Assembly: GCA_011772475.1 (NCBI GenBank) | Contig: WVZK01000094.1 | Location: forward strand, 1,323-65,322 | Reading direction: 5' to 3' | Length of the DNA: 64,000 bases | Source of the DNA: Candidatus Aminicenantes bacterium | GTDB taxonomy: Bacteria; Acidobacteriota; Aminicenantia; Aminicenantales; Aminicenantaceae | Shown: piece by piece, positions 25,618-34,712 of the stretch | Layout: each line of letters starts with the position of its first letter | Position numbering within the stretch: position 1 is the stretch's first letter | Made by a program: the position numbers and the translations under genes | Notes under the pieces: generated by a model | Seen by the model: only the letters and a program-made list of their open reading frames with translations | What the model was told of the DNA's origin: nothing | Database searches by the model: none

Positions 25618-26781
25618 TTAAATTTCTCCGGTCACAGCCAGAAGACGAATTTCTTTGATGGTCATTCCCTTAATTCCCAACTTTTGGACGGTTCTCCCTT
25701 TTTTCCAGAAATCTGTTCCTCTCATTATTGAAGCCAGGTGGATGATTGATTTTATGACGGGTGTTTCCACTTTGAGCATATCTCCGATGGAAGCAATTGG
25801 CACGAGGCTCATAGGTACGTCCTCATCGACATAACGGTGGTGGAGCCTGTCAGGAGCCTTTATTCCCAGATATCCAGGGTTGTCCTGAATAGCTTCATGG
25901 AGGTTATCTCCTGTAGCACTGTAAGCTGTGTAAAGCCAGGCCCTGGCACTCATGACTTTTATGCCTAAGGCGGCGGCAACATCTAGGCGTTCCTTGTCCA
26001 ATTTTTCGAGAACATGGGCAACAGAAGGGCTTGCGCCTTTAATGTAGTACTCGAAGTCACCATAAGTCGATTCGATCCAGCCTGCATTCAGAATTGTGAG
26101 GGCGGGATGAAATACAGCGCCTATATTTTCAAAACTTGTTTTAAAGATATTGTCTCCAGGGATAAATTGGGGGAATGCCCTGTTGATGATTTTCAAAATG
26201 CCAGGAATCCAGTAAGCTGGAAGGGTTGCCAGGGGAACAGAATTTTTTACAGAAAATATCCTGGCATGCGCTGGTCCGAGAGCTCTTGAAGCATAAAGAA
26301 ATGTCTGTGCTTCAGCGATAAAAGGAAACCGCTTTAGGCCCATTTGTTTGAAGACGTTGTAAAACTCCAGTGCTCCACCTGTCCGGCCAGGATTGAGGAT
26401 AACCACCTGATTCTCTTTAAGGTATGGTGCACAGGTCTCTGCGATGTTACGATGAGCGGAGGCGGGCACAACGACCATGAGGACATCTGCGCCGTTGATA
26501 CATTCTTGTATATTGGTCGAAGCGAGCTCAATCTTTCCTATTCCTTTGATCTCTCCCTCGACTTTGATTGCTTTTCTTTGCATAACAGGTTTGATCCTGT
26601 TCCGTCCTCGATTATAAAGATTGACCTTGAAGCCTTTAATAGCCAGATGACCTGCCATGGCCAATCCGCCGTGTCCAGCTCCTATAACGCAGAATTTTTG
26701 ATCTTTTGGATTTTTTTTCAGAACGTCTTTTATGTATTGCGCTCTTCTTATATCCGATGCTTTCGTTATTTTCTTTTTCAT
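25618..26781 (-). CDS. NAD(P)-dependent octopine/nopaline (opine) dehydrogenase family protein
   Basis: 387 aa. Rossmann motif VIGAGHGGLAMAGHLA. Length and central region fit the opine dehydrogenase family. Confidence 0.7.
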   Translation of the reverse strand: MKKKITKASDIRRAQYIKDVLKKNPKDQKFCVIGAGHGGLAMAGHLAIKGFKVNLYNRGRNRIKPVMQRKAIKVEGEIKGIGKIELASTNIQECINGADVLMVVVPASAHRNIAETCAPYLKENQVVILNPGRTGGALEFYNVFKQMGLKRFPFIAEAQTFLYASRALGPAHARIFSVKNSVPLATLPAYWIPGILKIINRAFPQFIPGDNIFKTSFENIGAVFHPALTILNAGWIESTYGDFEYYIKGASPSVAHVLEKLDKERLDVAAALGIKVMSARAWLYTAYSATGDNLHEAIQDNPGYLGIKAPDRLHHRYVDEDVPMSLVPIASIGDMLKVETPVIKSIIHLASIMRGTDFWKKGRTVQKLGIKGMTIKEIRLLAVTGEI

Positions 26782-26953
26782 TTTTCCAATCCCCAGCTAA
26801 AAAGCGTTGCTTATTTCGATTGAAATTGCTTTATAATCAAAACATCTCCCTCAAGGCGTAATTGAACCTTTGATTTTGTAGTTTACTTATTTTTTGATTT
26901 CTTGAAAAGCTAGCATATTTTAATAAATTCCATTTGGAAAGGCAAATATTAGC

Positions 26954-27038
26954 GGGGTCAGGTCTTGTTTTTTGCTTTTACTCATGCAACCGAAATTAAC
27001 GAAATTTTTGAGATAAGCAAAAAGCAAGACCTGACCCC
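26954..27038. repeat. family-3 long hairpin element (24-nt arms GGGGTCAGGTCTTGTTTTTTGCTT, 37-nt spacer)
   Basis: The left arm (26954-26977) and right arm (27015-27038) are inverted copies with 1 mismatch. They are followed by the direct duplication cctttattg x2. A related element is at 60258-60320. Confidence 0.65.
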
Positions 27039-27052
27039 TTTATTGCCCTTTA

Positions 27053-27081
27053 TTGACTGGTAGATGGGAAATATTTATAAT
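27053..27081 (+). promoter_or_regulatory. sigma-70-type promoter TTGACT-17-TATAAT for nadC
   Basis: -35 at 27053-27058 and -10 at 27076-27081, both near-consensus. The nadC ATG is only 8 nt past the -10 box. Confidence 0.5.
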
Positions 27082-27089
27082 TTATTCAA

Positions 27090-27923
27090 ATGAAAGAAGA
27101 TGCGGCAGATGCGCTCATCGAGGCCGCCCTAAAAGAGGATATGCCTGAGGGCGATATCACCTCTGAAAGCGTAATCCCGGCAGATTCTGAATCAGAAGCA
27201 ATAATTCTTGCCAAAGAAGAGGGTGTTCTGGCAGGGATTGATGTTGCCGAGAGAGTTTTTCATAAAATTGACCCGTCAGTTGTTTTTGAAAAAAGATTAA
27301 ATGACGGCCAGAAGTTTAAGGCAGGCCAGACATTGGCTAAGATTCAAGGGCCATCGGTTTCTCTCCTCAAAGGTGAGAGAACTGCTCTTAATTTTCTCCA
27401 AAGAATGTCCGGAGTTGCAACCACAACTCAGAATTTTGTTCAGGCGCTTCAAGGAACAAAAACAAAGATTCTTGATACGCGTAAAACAACGCCTGGCTTA
27501 AGATGTCTTGAAAAATATGCGGTGAAGATGGGTGGAGGAGAGAATCACCGCTTCAGTCTTTCTGATATGGTATTGATCAAAGATAATCATCTGAAGATTG
27601 TTGGTAGCATTTCTCAAGCAGTAAAGAGTGCAAAGGAAAGTGTAAATCCTGGAGTGAAAGTCGAGGTTGAAGCCACCAGCTTAGAGGAAGTTCAAGAAGC
27701 TGTCCAAAGTGGAGCAGATATGATTATGCTCGACAACATGTCGGAGGAGGCGATGAAAGAAGTCGTCAAGCAAGTGAAAGGGAAAGTTCCTTTAGAAGTT
27801 TCGGGCAAAGTTTCCCTGAGTAGAGTCAGGAAAATAGCTTCTCTTGGAGTTGATTTTATCTCCGTGGGTAGCTTAACTCATTCTTACAAATCTGTGGACA
27901 TGAGTATTGAGTTTTTGAGATAA
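27090..27923 (+). CDS. nadC: nicotinate-nucleotide pyrophosphorylase (carboxylating)
   Basis: 277 aa. N-terminal ALKEDMPEGDITSE and LDTRKTTPGLR motifs typical of quinolinate phosphoribosyltransferase. Confidence 0.9.
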   Translation: MKEDAADALIEAALKEDMPEGDITSESVIPADSESEAIILAKEEGVLAGIDVAERVFHKIDPSVVFEKRLNDGQKFKAGQTLAKIQGPSVSLLKGERTALNFLQRMSGVATTTQNFVQALQGTKTKILDTRKTTPGLRCLEKYAVKMGGGENHRFSLSDMVLIKDNHLKIVGSISQAVKSAKESVNPGVKVEVEATSLEEVQEAVQSGADMIMLDNMSEEAMKEVVKQVKGKVPLEVSGKVSLSRVRKIASLGVDFISVGSLTHSYKSVDMSIEFLR

Positions 27924-27929
27924 GCGATA

Positions 27930-29504
27930 ATGAGTGAAGAAAAAAGCTTAACTGCTGATATTCTGGTAATCGGCTGTGGGATTGCTGGAGCTAGTGCAGC
28001 TCTTGAAGCAGCAAAAAGCGGTCTAAGGGTGATCGTTGTTACCAAAAACTCAAAGCTTGAAGAATCGAACACCTATTATGCCCAAGGCGGGATTGTTTCA
28101 CTGGGACATGATGATTATCCAGAGCTCTTGAAAGAGGATATCGTTCAATCTGGTGATGGTATCAATAATCCAGCGGCTGTTGATATTCTGGCTAGCGAAG
28201 GCAAAAAGGCTGTAGATGATATCCTAATTAAAGATCTCAAAATCCCTTTTGCCAGGAGTGCTCCAGATTCTTTAGATTATGCGCAGGAAGCCGGACACTC
28301 TCGAAGACGCATCCTTCATATAAAGGATACGACAGGTAAGACAGTCGAGGAGAGGTTTATCCAGGCTTTAAAGAAGTACTCCAACGTGAAACTTCTTGCC
28401 GACCATACTGCTGTGGATTTGTTGACTATTCCTCATCACTCCAAGAATCCTACATTTTATTATGAAGAGCCGCATTGCGTCGGAGCTTATGTCTTAGACA
28501 ACGAAAGCGGCAGAGTTAGAACGATTTTTGCCCACTACACGATCCTGGCTACTGGTGGCTGTGGTACAGTCTATCTATATACATCCAATCCCAGGGGAGC
28601 CATCGGAGACGGCTATGCCATGGCTTACAGGGCAGGAGCCAGAATTGTAAACATGGAATACATCCAGTTTCATCCTACCTCTCTTTTTCATCGAGATGCA
28701 GGTGGTTTTTTGATTTCAGAGACGGTTAGAGGAGAGGGCGCCCGGTTAAAGACCAAAGAGGGCAAGACCTTTATGGAGAATTATAACAAGAAGAGAGAGT
28801 TGGCTCCAAGGGATGAGGTGACTAGGGCTATCTATGAGGAGATGACAAACAGTAATTCAAGTTATGTTTACTTGGATTTAGTTTCCTATGCGAAGTTTGA
28901 TATCAGGAAAAGATTCCCCAATATCTACAGAACCTGCTTGGAGTATGGAATAGATATTACTAAGGAGCCCATCCCTGTTGTTCCTGCTGCCCACTATTGC
29001 TGCGGAGGGGTTCTCGTTGACGAATGGGGAAAAAGCTCGCTAAGAAGCCTGTTTGCAGTTGGCGAGGTTTCATGCACCGGCGTCCATGGTGCAAACCGTT
29101 TAGCCTCAACTTCTCTCTTGGAAGGCCTCGTGTGGGGAACAAGAGCTTCAAAATATATTGCCTCCCATTTTAATCCTGCCGTGTCTTATAAATCCTCGGA
29201 TATACATGAATGGTATTATCCTGAGAAAGGGGAGGAGGTTGACCCAGCCCTAATCAACCAGGATTGGATTTCTATCCGGTCAACCATGTGGAATTATGCG
29301 GGGATCATTCGGACAAAAAAGCGTCTGGAGAGGGCGAGAGCTGACCTGGATTATCTCCGCCATAGGATCGAGAAGTTTTACAAAGAAGTGAAAATGGATG
29401 CGAAAGTGGTAGGCTTGAAACACGGAATCCTGGTTGCTCAGCTGATCACCTATGCAGCCTTAGGAAATCCAGTTAGCCTGGGATCCCATTATTTACTGGA
29501 TTAA
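27930..29504 (+). CDS. nadB: L-aspartate oxidase
   Basis: 524 aa. FAD motif VIGCGIAGASAALEAA, HPT, RGEGA, and the succinate-dehydrogenase/fumarate-reductase flavoprotein fold. Confidence 0.9.
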   Translation: MSEEKSLTADILVIGCGIAGASAALEAAKSGLRVIVVTKNSKLEESNTYYAQGGIVSLGHDDYPELLKEDIVQSGDGINNPAAVDILASEGKKAVDDILIKDLKIPFARSAPDSLDYAQEAGHSRRRILHIKDTTGKTVEERFIQALKKYSNVKLLADHTAVDLLTIPHHSKNPTFYYEEPHCVGAYVLDNESGRVRTIFAHYTILATGGCGTVYLYTSNPRGAIGDGYAMAYRAGARIVNMEYIQFHPTSLFHRDAGGFLISETVRGEGARLKTKEGKTFMENYNKKRELAPRDEVTRAIYEEMTNSNSSYVYLDLVSYAKFDIRKRFPNIYRTCLEYGIDITKEPIPVVPAAHYCCGGVLVDEWGKSSLRSLFAVGEVSCTGVHGANRLASTSLLEGLVWGTRASKYIASHFNPAVSYKSSDIHEWYYPEKGEEVDPALINQDWISIRSTMWNYAGIIRTKKRLERARADLDYLRHRIEKFYKEVKMDAKVVGLKHGILVAQLITYAALGNPVSLGSHYLLD

Positions 29505-29565
29505 TCCTGTCTTTCTGTTCTGGTTATGATCTTCCTTCCAACGGGCTCAAGCCTGAATCCATGGA

Positions 29566-29593
29566 TTGACTTTTTGGTGTAGAGAAATAAAAT
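29566..29593 (+). promoter_or_regulatory. candidate promoter TTGACT-16-TAAAAT upstream of ileS
   Basis: -35 at 29566-29571 and -10 at 29588-29593, about 50 nt upstream of the ileS ATG. Confidence 0.35.
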
Positions 29594-29641
29594 AACTTAT
29601 CTTATAATAGGACGATAAGAAGAAACGAGTTGGAGAAAATT

Positions 29642-32419
29642 ATGGCAGACAGTGAGAAGATAAAAGATACTTTAAACCTCCCGCAGACCTCGTTTTCTAT
29701 GAAGGCCAAGCTTTCACAGAAAGAGCCCGAGATTATTAAGAAGTGGGAGGAAATGAAGCTCTACCAGAAAATTCAGAAGAAGAGAGAGAAGAGTCCTTCG
29801 TTTGTTCTGCATGATGGTCCTCCCTATGCCAACGGGAGTATTCATCTTGGAACTGCCATGAACAAGATTTTAAAGGACTTCATAGTCAAGACAAAAACCA
29901 TGCAGGGCTTCAGGTCTCCTTATTTACCCGGGTGGGATTGCCACGGCCTTCCAATTGAAATCAAAGTAGACCAACTCTTAGGAGAAAAGAAGAGAGAACT
30001 TTCTATCCTCAAAATTAGGGAAGAATGTAAAAAGTATGCACTTAAGTACGTAGATATTCAAAGGAATCAATTCAAAAGGTTGGGAGTATTTGGTGAATGG
30101 GAGAAGCCTTACCTAACCATGGACTATGAGTACGAAGGCGAGGTCATTCGTTATCTGGCAGCCTTTTTTGCTTCAGAGAGTGTTTATAAAGGAAAGAGAC
30201 CTGTTCACTGGTGTCCCCACTGTCAAACAGCTCTGGCCGAAGCTGAAATAGAGTATAAAGACCGCAAGTCTCCTTCTATCTATGTAAAATTCCCCATGAT
30301 TTCAGATCTTTCCGAGAAATTTCCTGCTTTGAAGACGAAAAAAGTATTCGTCCTAATCTGGACTACAACTCCCTGGACTTTGCCAGCCAATTTGGCCATA
30401 GCCTTTCATCCGAATTATGAATATGCCGCTTTCGAGAATAACGGAGAAGTCTATATTGCAGCCAAGCGGTTGATTCCTGTCCTTGCCGAAGAGTTAGGGT
30501 TCAAAAAGACTAAGGTTCTTGCGACTTTTACTGGGAAGGCGATGGAGGGTCTTAAAGCTCGTCATCCCTCTATTGATAGAGAGTCTGTTTTTGTTTTGGC
30601 TGATTATGTAACTCTTGACCAGGGAACGGGATGTGTTCATACTGCTCCTGGCCATGGTCATGAAGATTATCTAACAGGAATAGCTTATGGACTTGATATC
30701 TATACTCCTGTGGATAGCGAGGGAAAGTTTATTTCCCAGGTCGAAAAATATGGCGATATGAATGTTTTTGATGCGAATAAATCTATTAATGATGATATGA
30801 AAAGAGACGGTACTCTTTTGAAAGAAGATGAGATTGTCCATTCCTATCCCCATTGCTGGCGGTGTAAGAATCCTGTGATTTTCCGAGCAACAGCACAGTG
30901 GTTCATCTCCATGGAGAAAGATGATTTGAGGAAAAAGGCGATGGAGGAGATAAAGAAGGTACGCTGGATTCCTCCCTGGGGAGAAGAGAGAATCGCTAAC
31001 ATGGTGAAAGCTCGACCGGACTGGTGTATTTCCCGGCAGCGGTCCTGGGGCGTCCCGATTCCTGCTTTTTACTGCCATGATTGTGGACACATTCTTGCTG
31101 ATGAAAAAGTAACTCTCAGGATTGCCGATATCTTTTCTAAAAGCGGTTCTGATTCTTGGTTTGCGAAAAAAGCAGAAGAGCTTCTTCCGCCAAATTCAAA
31201 ATGTCCTCAATGCGGTTCAAAAAAGTTCGATAAAGAAGAGAACATACTTGATGTATGGTTTGAATCTGGAGCAAGCCATAATGTTCTGGGAAGAAGAAGT
31301 GATCTACCCTGGCCATCGGACATCTATGTGGAAGGTCATGACCAATACAGAGGTTGGTTCAACAGCTCTCTTTTTGTAGGGCTTGCTGCGAAAAAAGCCT
31401 CGCCCTACAAGTCTGTCATAACCCATGGCTTTGTCCTTGATGAGCAGGGAAGGGGAATGTCCAAATCCCTCGGAAATTTCATCGATCCTGAAGAGGTCAT
31501 CTCAAGAAACGGAGCCGAAATCTTGAGGCTCTGGATAGCAATGCTCAACTACAAAGAAGACGTGCGTTTCGGGCAGGAGACCCTGCAGAGGCTTGTTGAA
31601 GCTTACCGCAAGATCAGAAATACGTGGAGATTTATCCTGGGGAATATATACGACTTTTCTCCAGATGAAGAGAGTGTTGCCCCTCAAAGGATGGAATTTC
31701 TGGATAAATGGATACTTGAAAAAAGTGTCAGGACAGGGAAAAAGATCATAAGAGCCTATGAGAATTATGAGTATCATATTATTTTTCATACTATCTATAA
31801 TTTTTTCACTGTAGAGTTGAGCTCTTTTTTCTTGGATGTACTCAAGGATAGGATCTATTGTTCAGGAAAAAAATCAGAACTTCGAAAATCAGCTCAGACA
31901 GCCCTTTTTAATCTCCTCAAATCCACTCTTGTAATGATGGCTCCGATTTTGCCTTTTACAACGGAAGAGGTGTGGGAAACTATGCCTGCCTTTAACAGCA
32001 AGGAGGAGTCCATTCATTTAGAGCAGTTTCCTGCTTTCAAGGAGAAATGGTTGGATGATGATTTGTTTAAAGAGGGAGAGAGTCTGTTACTTGTCAGGGA
32101 TAAAGTCCTAAAAGAGCTTGAGGTAGCAAGAGATGAAGATCGTATCCTTAATTCTTTAGAAGCAAAGGTTACCTTAAAGGTTCCTTCTTCTCAACAGGAG
32201 CTTTTGAACAAGTATAAAGAAGAGCTATCCTCATTTTTCATAGTTTCAGCTGTGGAACTCCAATCGCAATCTGGCGAAGAGTTAGAGGTAGAAATCTCAA
32301 GGGCAAAAGGGGAAAAATGCCAGAGATGCTGGAATTTTTCTCAATATGTGGGAAAAAGCTCCGAATATCCCCACTTCTGTAAGCGTTGCGAAGAAGTGGT
32401 TAAGACGATAAATTCATGA
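29642..32419 (+). CDS. ileS: isoleucine--tRNA ligase
   Basis: The HIGH region (PYANGSIHLGTA), KMSKS (GMSKS) and C-terminal zinc-finger cysteines are present. MADSEKIKDTLNLPQTSF aligns with the canonical IleS N-terminus. GGAG lies 6 nt upstream of ATG 29642. The ORF track begins at TTG 29630. Confidence 0.95.
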   Translation: MADSEKIKDTLNLPQTSFSMKAKLSQKEPEIIKKWEEMKLYQKIQKKREKSPSFVLHDGPPYANGSIHLGTAMNKILKDFIVKTKTMQGFRSPYLPGWDCHGLPIEIKVDQLLGEKKRELSILKIREECKKYALKYVDIQRNQFKRLGVFGEWEKPYLTMDYEYEGEVIRYLAAFFASESVYKGKRPVHWCPHCQTALAEAEIEYKDRKSPSIYVKFPMISDLSEKFPALKTKKVFVLIWTTTPWTLPANLAIAFHPNYEYAAFENNGEVYIAAKRLIPVLAEELGFKKTKVLATFTGKAMEGLKARHPSIDRESVFVLADYVTLDQGTGCVHTAPGHGHEDYLTGIAYGLDIYTPVDSEGKFISQVEKYGDMNVFDANKSINDDMKRDGTLLKEDEIVHSYPHCWRCKNPVIFRATAQWFISMEKDDLRKKAMEEIKKVRWIPPWGEERIANMVKARPDWCISRQRSWGVPIPAFYCHDCGHILADEKVTLRIADIFSKSGSDSWFAKKAEELLPPNSKCPQCGSKKFDKEENILDVWFESGASHNVLGRRSDLPWPSDIYVEGHDQYRGWFNSSLFVGLAAKKASPYKSVITHGFVLDEQGRGMSKSLGNFIDPEEVISRNGAEILRLWIAMLNYKEDVRFGQETLQRLVEAYRKIRNTWRFILGNIYDFSPDEESVAPQRMEFLDKWILEKSVRTGKKIIRAYENYEYHIIFHTIYNFFTVELSSFFLDVLKDRIYCSGKKSELRKSAQTALFNLLKSTLVMMAPILPFTTEEVWETMPAFNSKEESIHLEQFPAFKEKWLDDDLFKEGESLLLVRDKVLKELEVARDEDRILNSLEAKVTLKVPSSQQELLNKYKEELSSFFIVSAVELQSQSGEELEVEISRAKGEKCQRCWNFSQYVGKSSEYPHFCKRCEEVVKTINS

Positions 32420-32910
32420 ACCGTAGAATATTCTATTTATTATTCATTCTCGTCTTGCTCGCTGCTGACCAGCTGACTAAGGCTATCGTTGCCCAAAAGA
32501 TACCTTTTTTGAACAGCAAAAGCATTATCCCCGGTTTTTTTAATCTTACCCATATTAGAAACCGAGGGGCAATCTTTGGCTTTTTTTCCCAATCAGGAAG
32601 CCAGTTTCTCTACGTAGTACTCACGCTGGCATCTTTGGCAGCTTTAGCTTTGGTCATTTTATATTTTTTCAAAACACCAACTTCAGAAAGGCTAATGATA
32701 ATTTCGTTATCTCTTATCCTGGCAGGGGCTCTCGGTAACATGATAGATAGAATCTTCAGGGGATACGTGATAGATTTTATGGATTTCTACGTAAAAAAAT
32801 GGCACTGGCCTTCCTTTAACATTGCTGACGCCAGTATAACCATTGGCGCTGTTATCATTATTTTTCTATTCTTTTTTAGAAAAGGGCTAAAATGTTCCCT
32901 ATCATCCTAA
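32416..32910 (+). CDS. lspA: lipoprotein signal peptidase II
   Basis: 164 aa, four TM segments, DQLTK and NRGAIFG motifs. ATGA overlap with ileS. Confidence 0.9.
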   Translation: MNRRIFYLLFILVLLAADQLTKAIVAQKIPFLNSKSIIPGFFNLTHIRNRGAIFGFFSQSGSQFLYVVLTLASLAALALVILYFFKTPTSERLMIISLSLILAGALGNMIDRIFRGYVIDFMDFYVKKWHWPSFNIADASITIGAVIIIFLFFFRKGLKCSLSS

Positions 32911-33689
32911 AGATAGGTCCGATAACCATTCATACCTATGGACTGATGATGGCCGTGGGAGTAGCTTGCGCCCTGTTGTTTCTTTATTTCCAATCCAAGA
33001 AACATGACCTTCCCAGCTCGAAAATCATTGATATGGCTTTCTACACAATCATAGTTTCTTTAATCGGAGCCAAGCTTATTCTTCTTGTCGGGAATTTCTC
33101 GTATTATGTGCGCTACTGGCGAGAGCTTCTAAGCTTGGCGCGATCAGGGGGTGTTTTTCAGGGTGGACTCACTTTTGGAATTATATTTGCTCTCTGGTAT
33201 TTCAGGAAACACAAAATCCCCACCTGGAAAGCAGCTGATATTGTCGGACCAGCTTTAGCTTTGGGGCATGGATTTGGCCGAATCGGCTGTTTCAGCGCCG
33301 GATGCTGCTATGGAACGGAATCTTCTTTACCCTGGGGAATGATTTTTAATAATAAATACGCCAGTGACCTAACTGGCGTTCCCCTCGGAATTCCTCTTCA
33401 TCCAACGCAGCTCTATGAGGCTGCTTTGAATTTCCTTAACTTTTTTGTTTTATTTCTTATACTGAGGAAGAAAAGATTTGATGGCCAGGTCTTTTCCTTC
33501 TATATCATAAATTATTCCATAATAAGGTATTTTGTTGAATTTTATCGTGGTGATCACCCTGACAAAGCCTTCATTTTCCGCAATCCTTCTCCCTACCTCA
33601 GCCTTTCTGTTCCTCAGCTTTTCTGTATTTTAGGCTTGATTGCCGGAGTGGCTCTGTTTCTCATCCTGAAAAAAAGGAAAAGTGCCTAA
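32892..33689 (+). CDS. lgt: prolipoprotein diacylglyceryl transferase
   Basis: 265 aa. N-terminus IGPITIHTYGLMMAVG, GRIGCF and HPTQLYE motifs. Confidence 0.9.
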   Translation: MFPIILKIGPITIHTYGLMMAVGVACALLFLYFQSKKHDLPSSKIIDMAFYTIIVSLIGAKLILLVGNFSYYVRYWRELLSLARSGGVFQGGLTFGIIFALWYFRKHKIPTWKAADIVGPALALGHGFGRIGCFSAGCCYGTESSLPWGMIFNNKYASDLTGVPLGIPLHPTQLYEAALNFLNFFVLFLILRKKRFDGQVFSFYIINYSIIRYFVEFYRGDHPDKAFIFRNPSPYLSLSVPQLFCILGLIAGVALFLILKKRKSA

Positions 33690-34608
33690 AAGAGAATTTC
33701 TGACGACTCCCTTGTCCGGATTAAACCAAAGGCTGGATATCTTTCTATCAGAGAGAATCGACAGGCTGACACGATCTCAGATTCAAAGATTTATCGAGGA
33801 GAAAAGAGTAAAGGTCGACGGGATCGCCAGAAAGTCAAGCTATAATCTCAAATCTGGAGAGAAGGTGGAAATAGAGTATGAACTTGCTGTGCCTCAAGAA
33901 ATTCAACCTGAGAATATCCCCATAGAGATACTTTACAGCGATGATCATTTAGCAATTATCGATAAGCCTCCAGGTTTGGTCGTTCACCCCGGAGCGGGGA
34001 AGAGGCAGCATACACTTATCAATACTTTACTCTACCATTTCCCCGATCTCAAGGAAGTTGGCCCAGAGGAACGGCCAGGAATTGTTCATCGTTTGGATAA
34101 GGAAACATCAGGGTTGATGGTAGTTGCCAGACGCCTAAAAGCTTATGAACTGCTCCAGAAGCAATTCAGAAAGAGGGAAGTGGAAAAGATTTATCTGGGA
34201 TTGGTTTGGGGTAGGATGCCAGAGAAAGAGGGAAAGATAAGCTGGCCTATCGGACGCCATGTGAAGCATGGAGAGAGAATTTCGGTGAAGACCAAAAAGC
34301 CAAGGGAGGCCAAGACTTACTATTCAGTCCAGAAAGAATATGAAGATTTTTCGTTTCTTGAAATAAAACCGCTCACAGGAAGGACTCATCAGATAAGGGT
34401 TCATATGGCTGCCTCTGGCCATCCTTTGGTGGGTGATACCCGTTATGGCCGTAGAAAGTCAAAGCCAGGCATTCAACGCCTTTTCCTTCATGCCTCTCGC
34501 CTTTCGTTCATCCACCCTGATACACAGGAGAAGGTTGAATTTTCTTCGCCTTTGCCTCCAGAATTAAAGATATTTTTAGATAAGCTAGAAGAAGAAAAGA
34601 AGTCTTGA
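33682..34608 (+). CDS. rluD: RluA-family 23S rRNA pseudouridine synthase (RluD-like)
   Basis: 308 aa. N-terminal S4 domain, catalytic HRLDKETSGLMVVAR, GTR..HQIRVH. Confidence 0.85.
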   Translation: MPKREFLTTPLSGLNQRLDIFLSERIDRLTRSQIQRFIEEKRVKVDGIARKSSYNLKSGEKVEIEYELAVPQEIQPENIPIEILYSDDHLAIIDKPPGLVVHPGAGKRQHTLINTLLYHFPDLKEVGPEERPGIVHRLDKETSGLMVVARRLKAYELLQKQFRKREVEKIYLGLVWGRMPEKEGKISWPIGRHVKHGERISVKTKKPREAKTYYSVQKEYEDFSFLEIKPLTGRTHQIRVHMAASGHPLVGDTRYGRRKSKPGIQRLFLHASRLSFIHPDTQEKVEFSSPLPPELKIFLDKLEEEKKS

Positions 34609-34712
34609 GAAGAAGGGAATTTTTGTTGTATCATATCGGTTGTCACTTTTCGAAAGAAGCCGAAAATTTAGGTTTTGAGAATCTAATCTAGTATTTCTTG
34701 GGAGGCTCCAAA

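Noticed and set aside
29505-29641. T-box or attenuator leader upstream of ileS.
   Set aside because: The spacer is only about 135 nt and most of it is taken by a promoter-like TTGACT/TAAAAT pair. No specifier or T-box sequence was seen.
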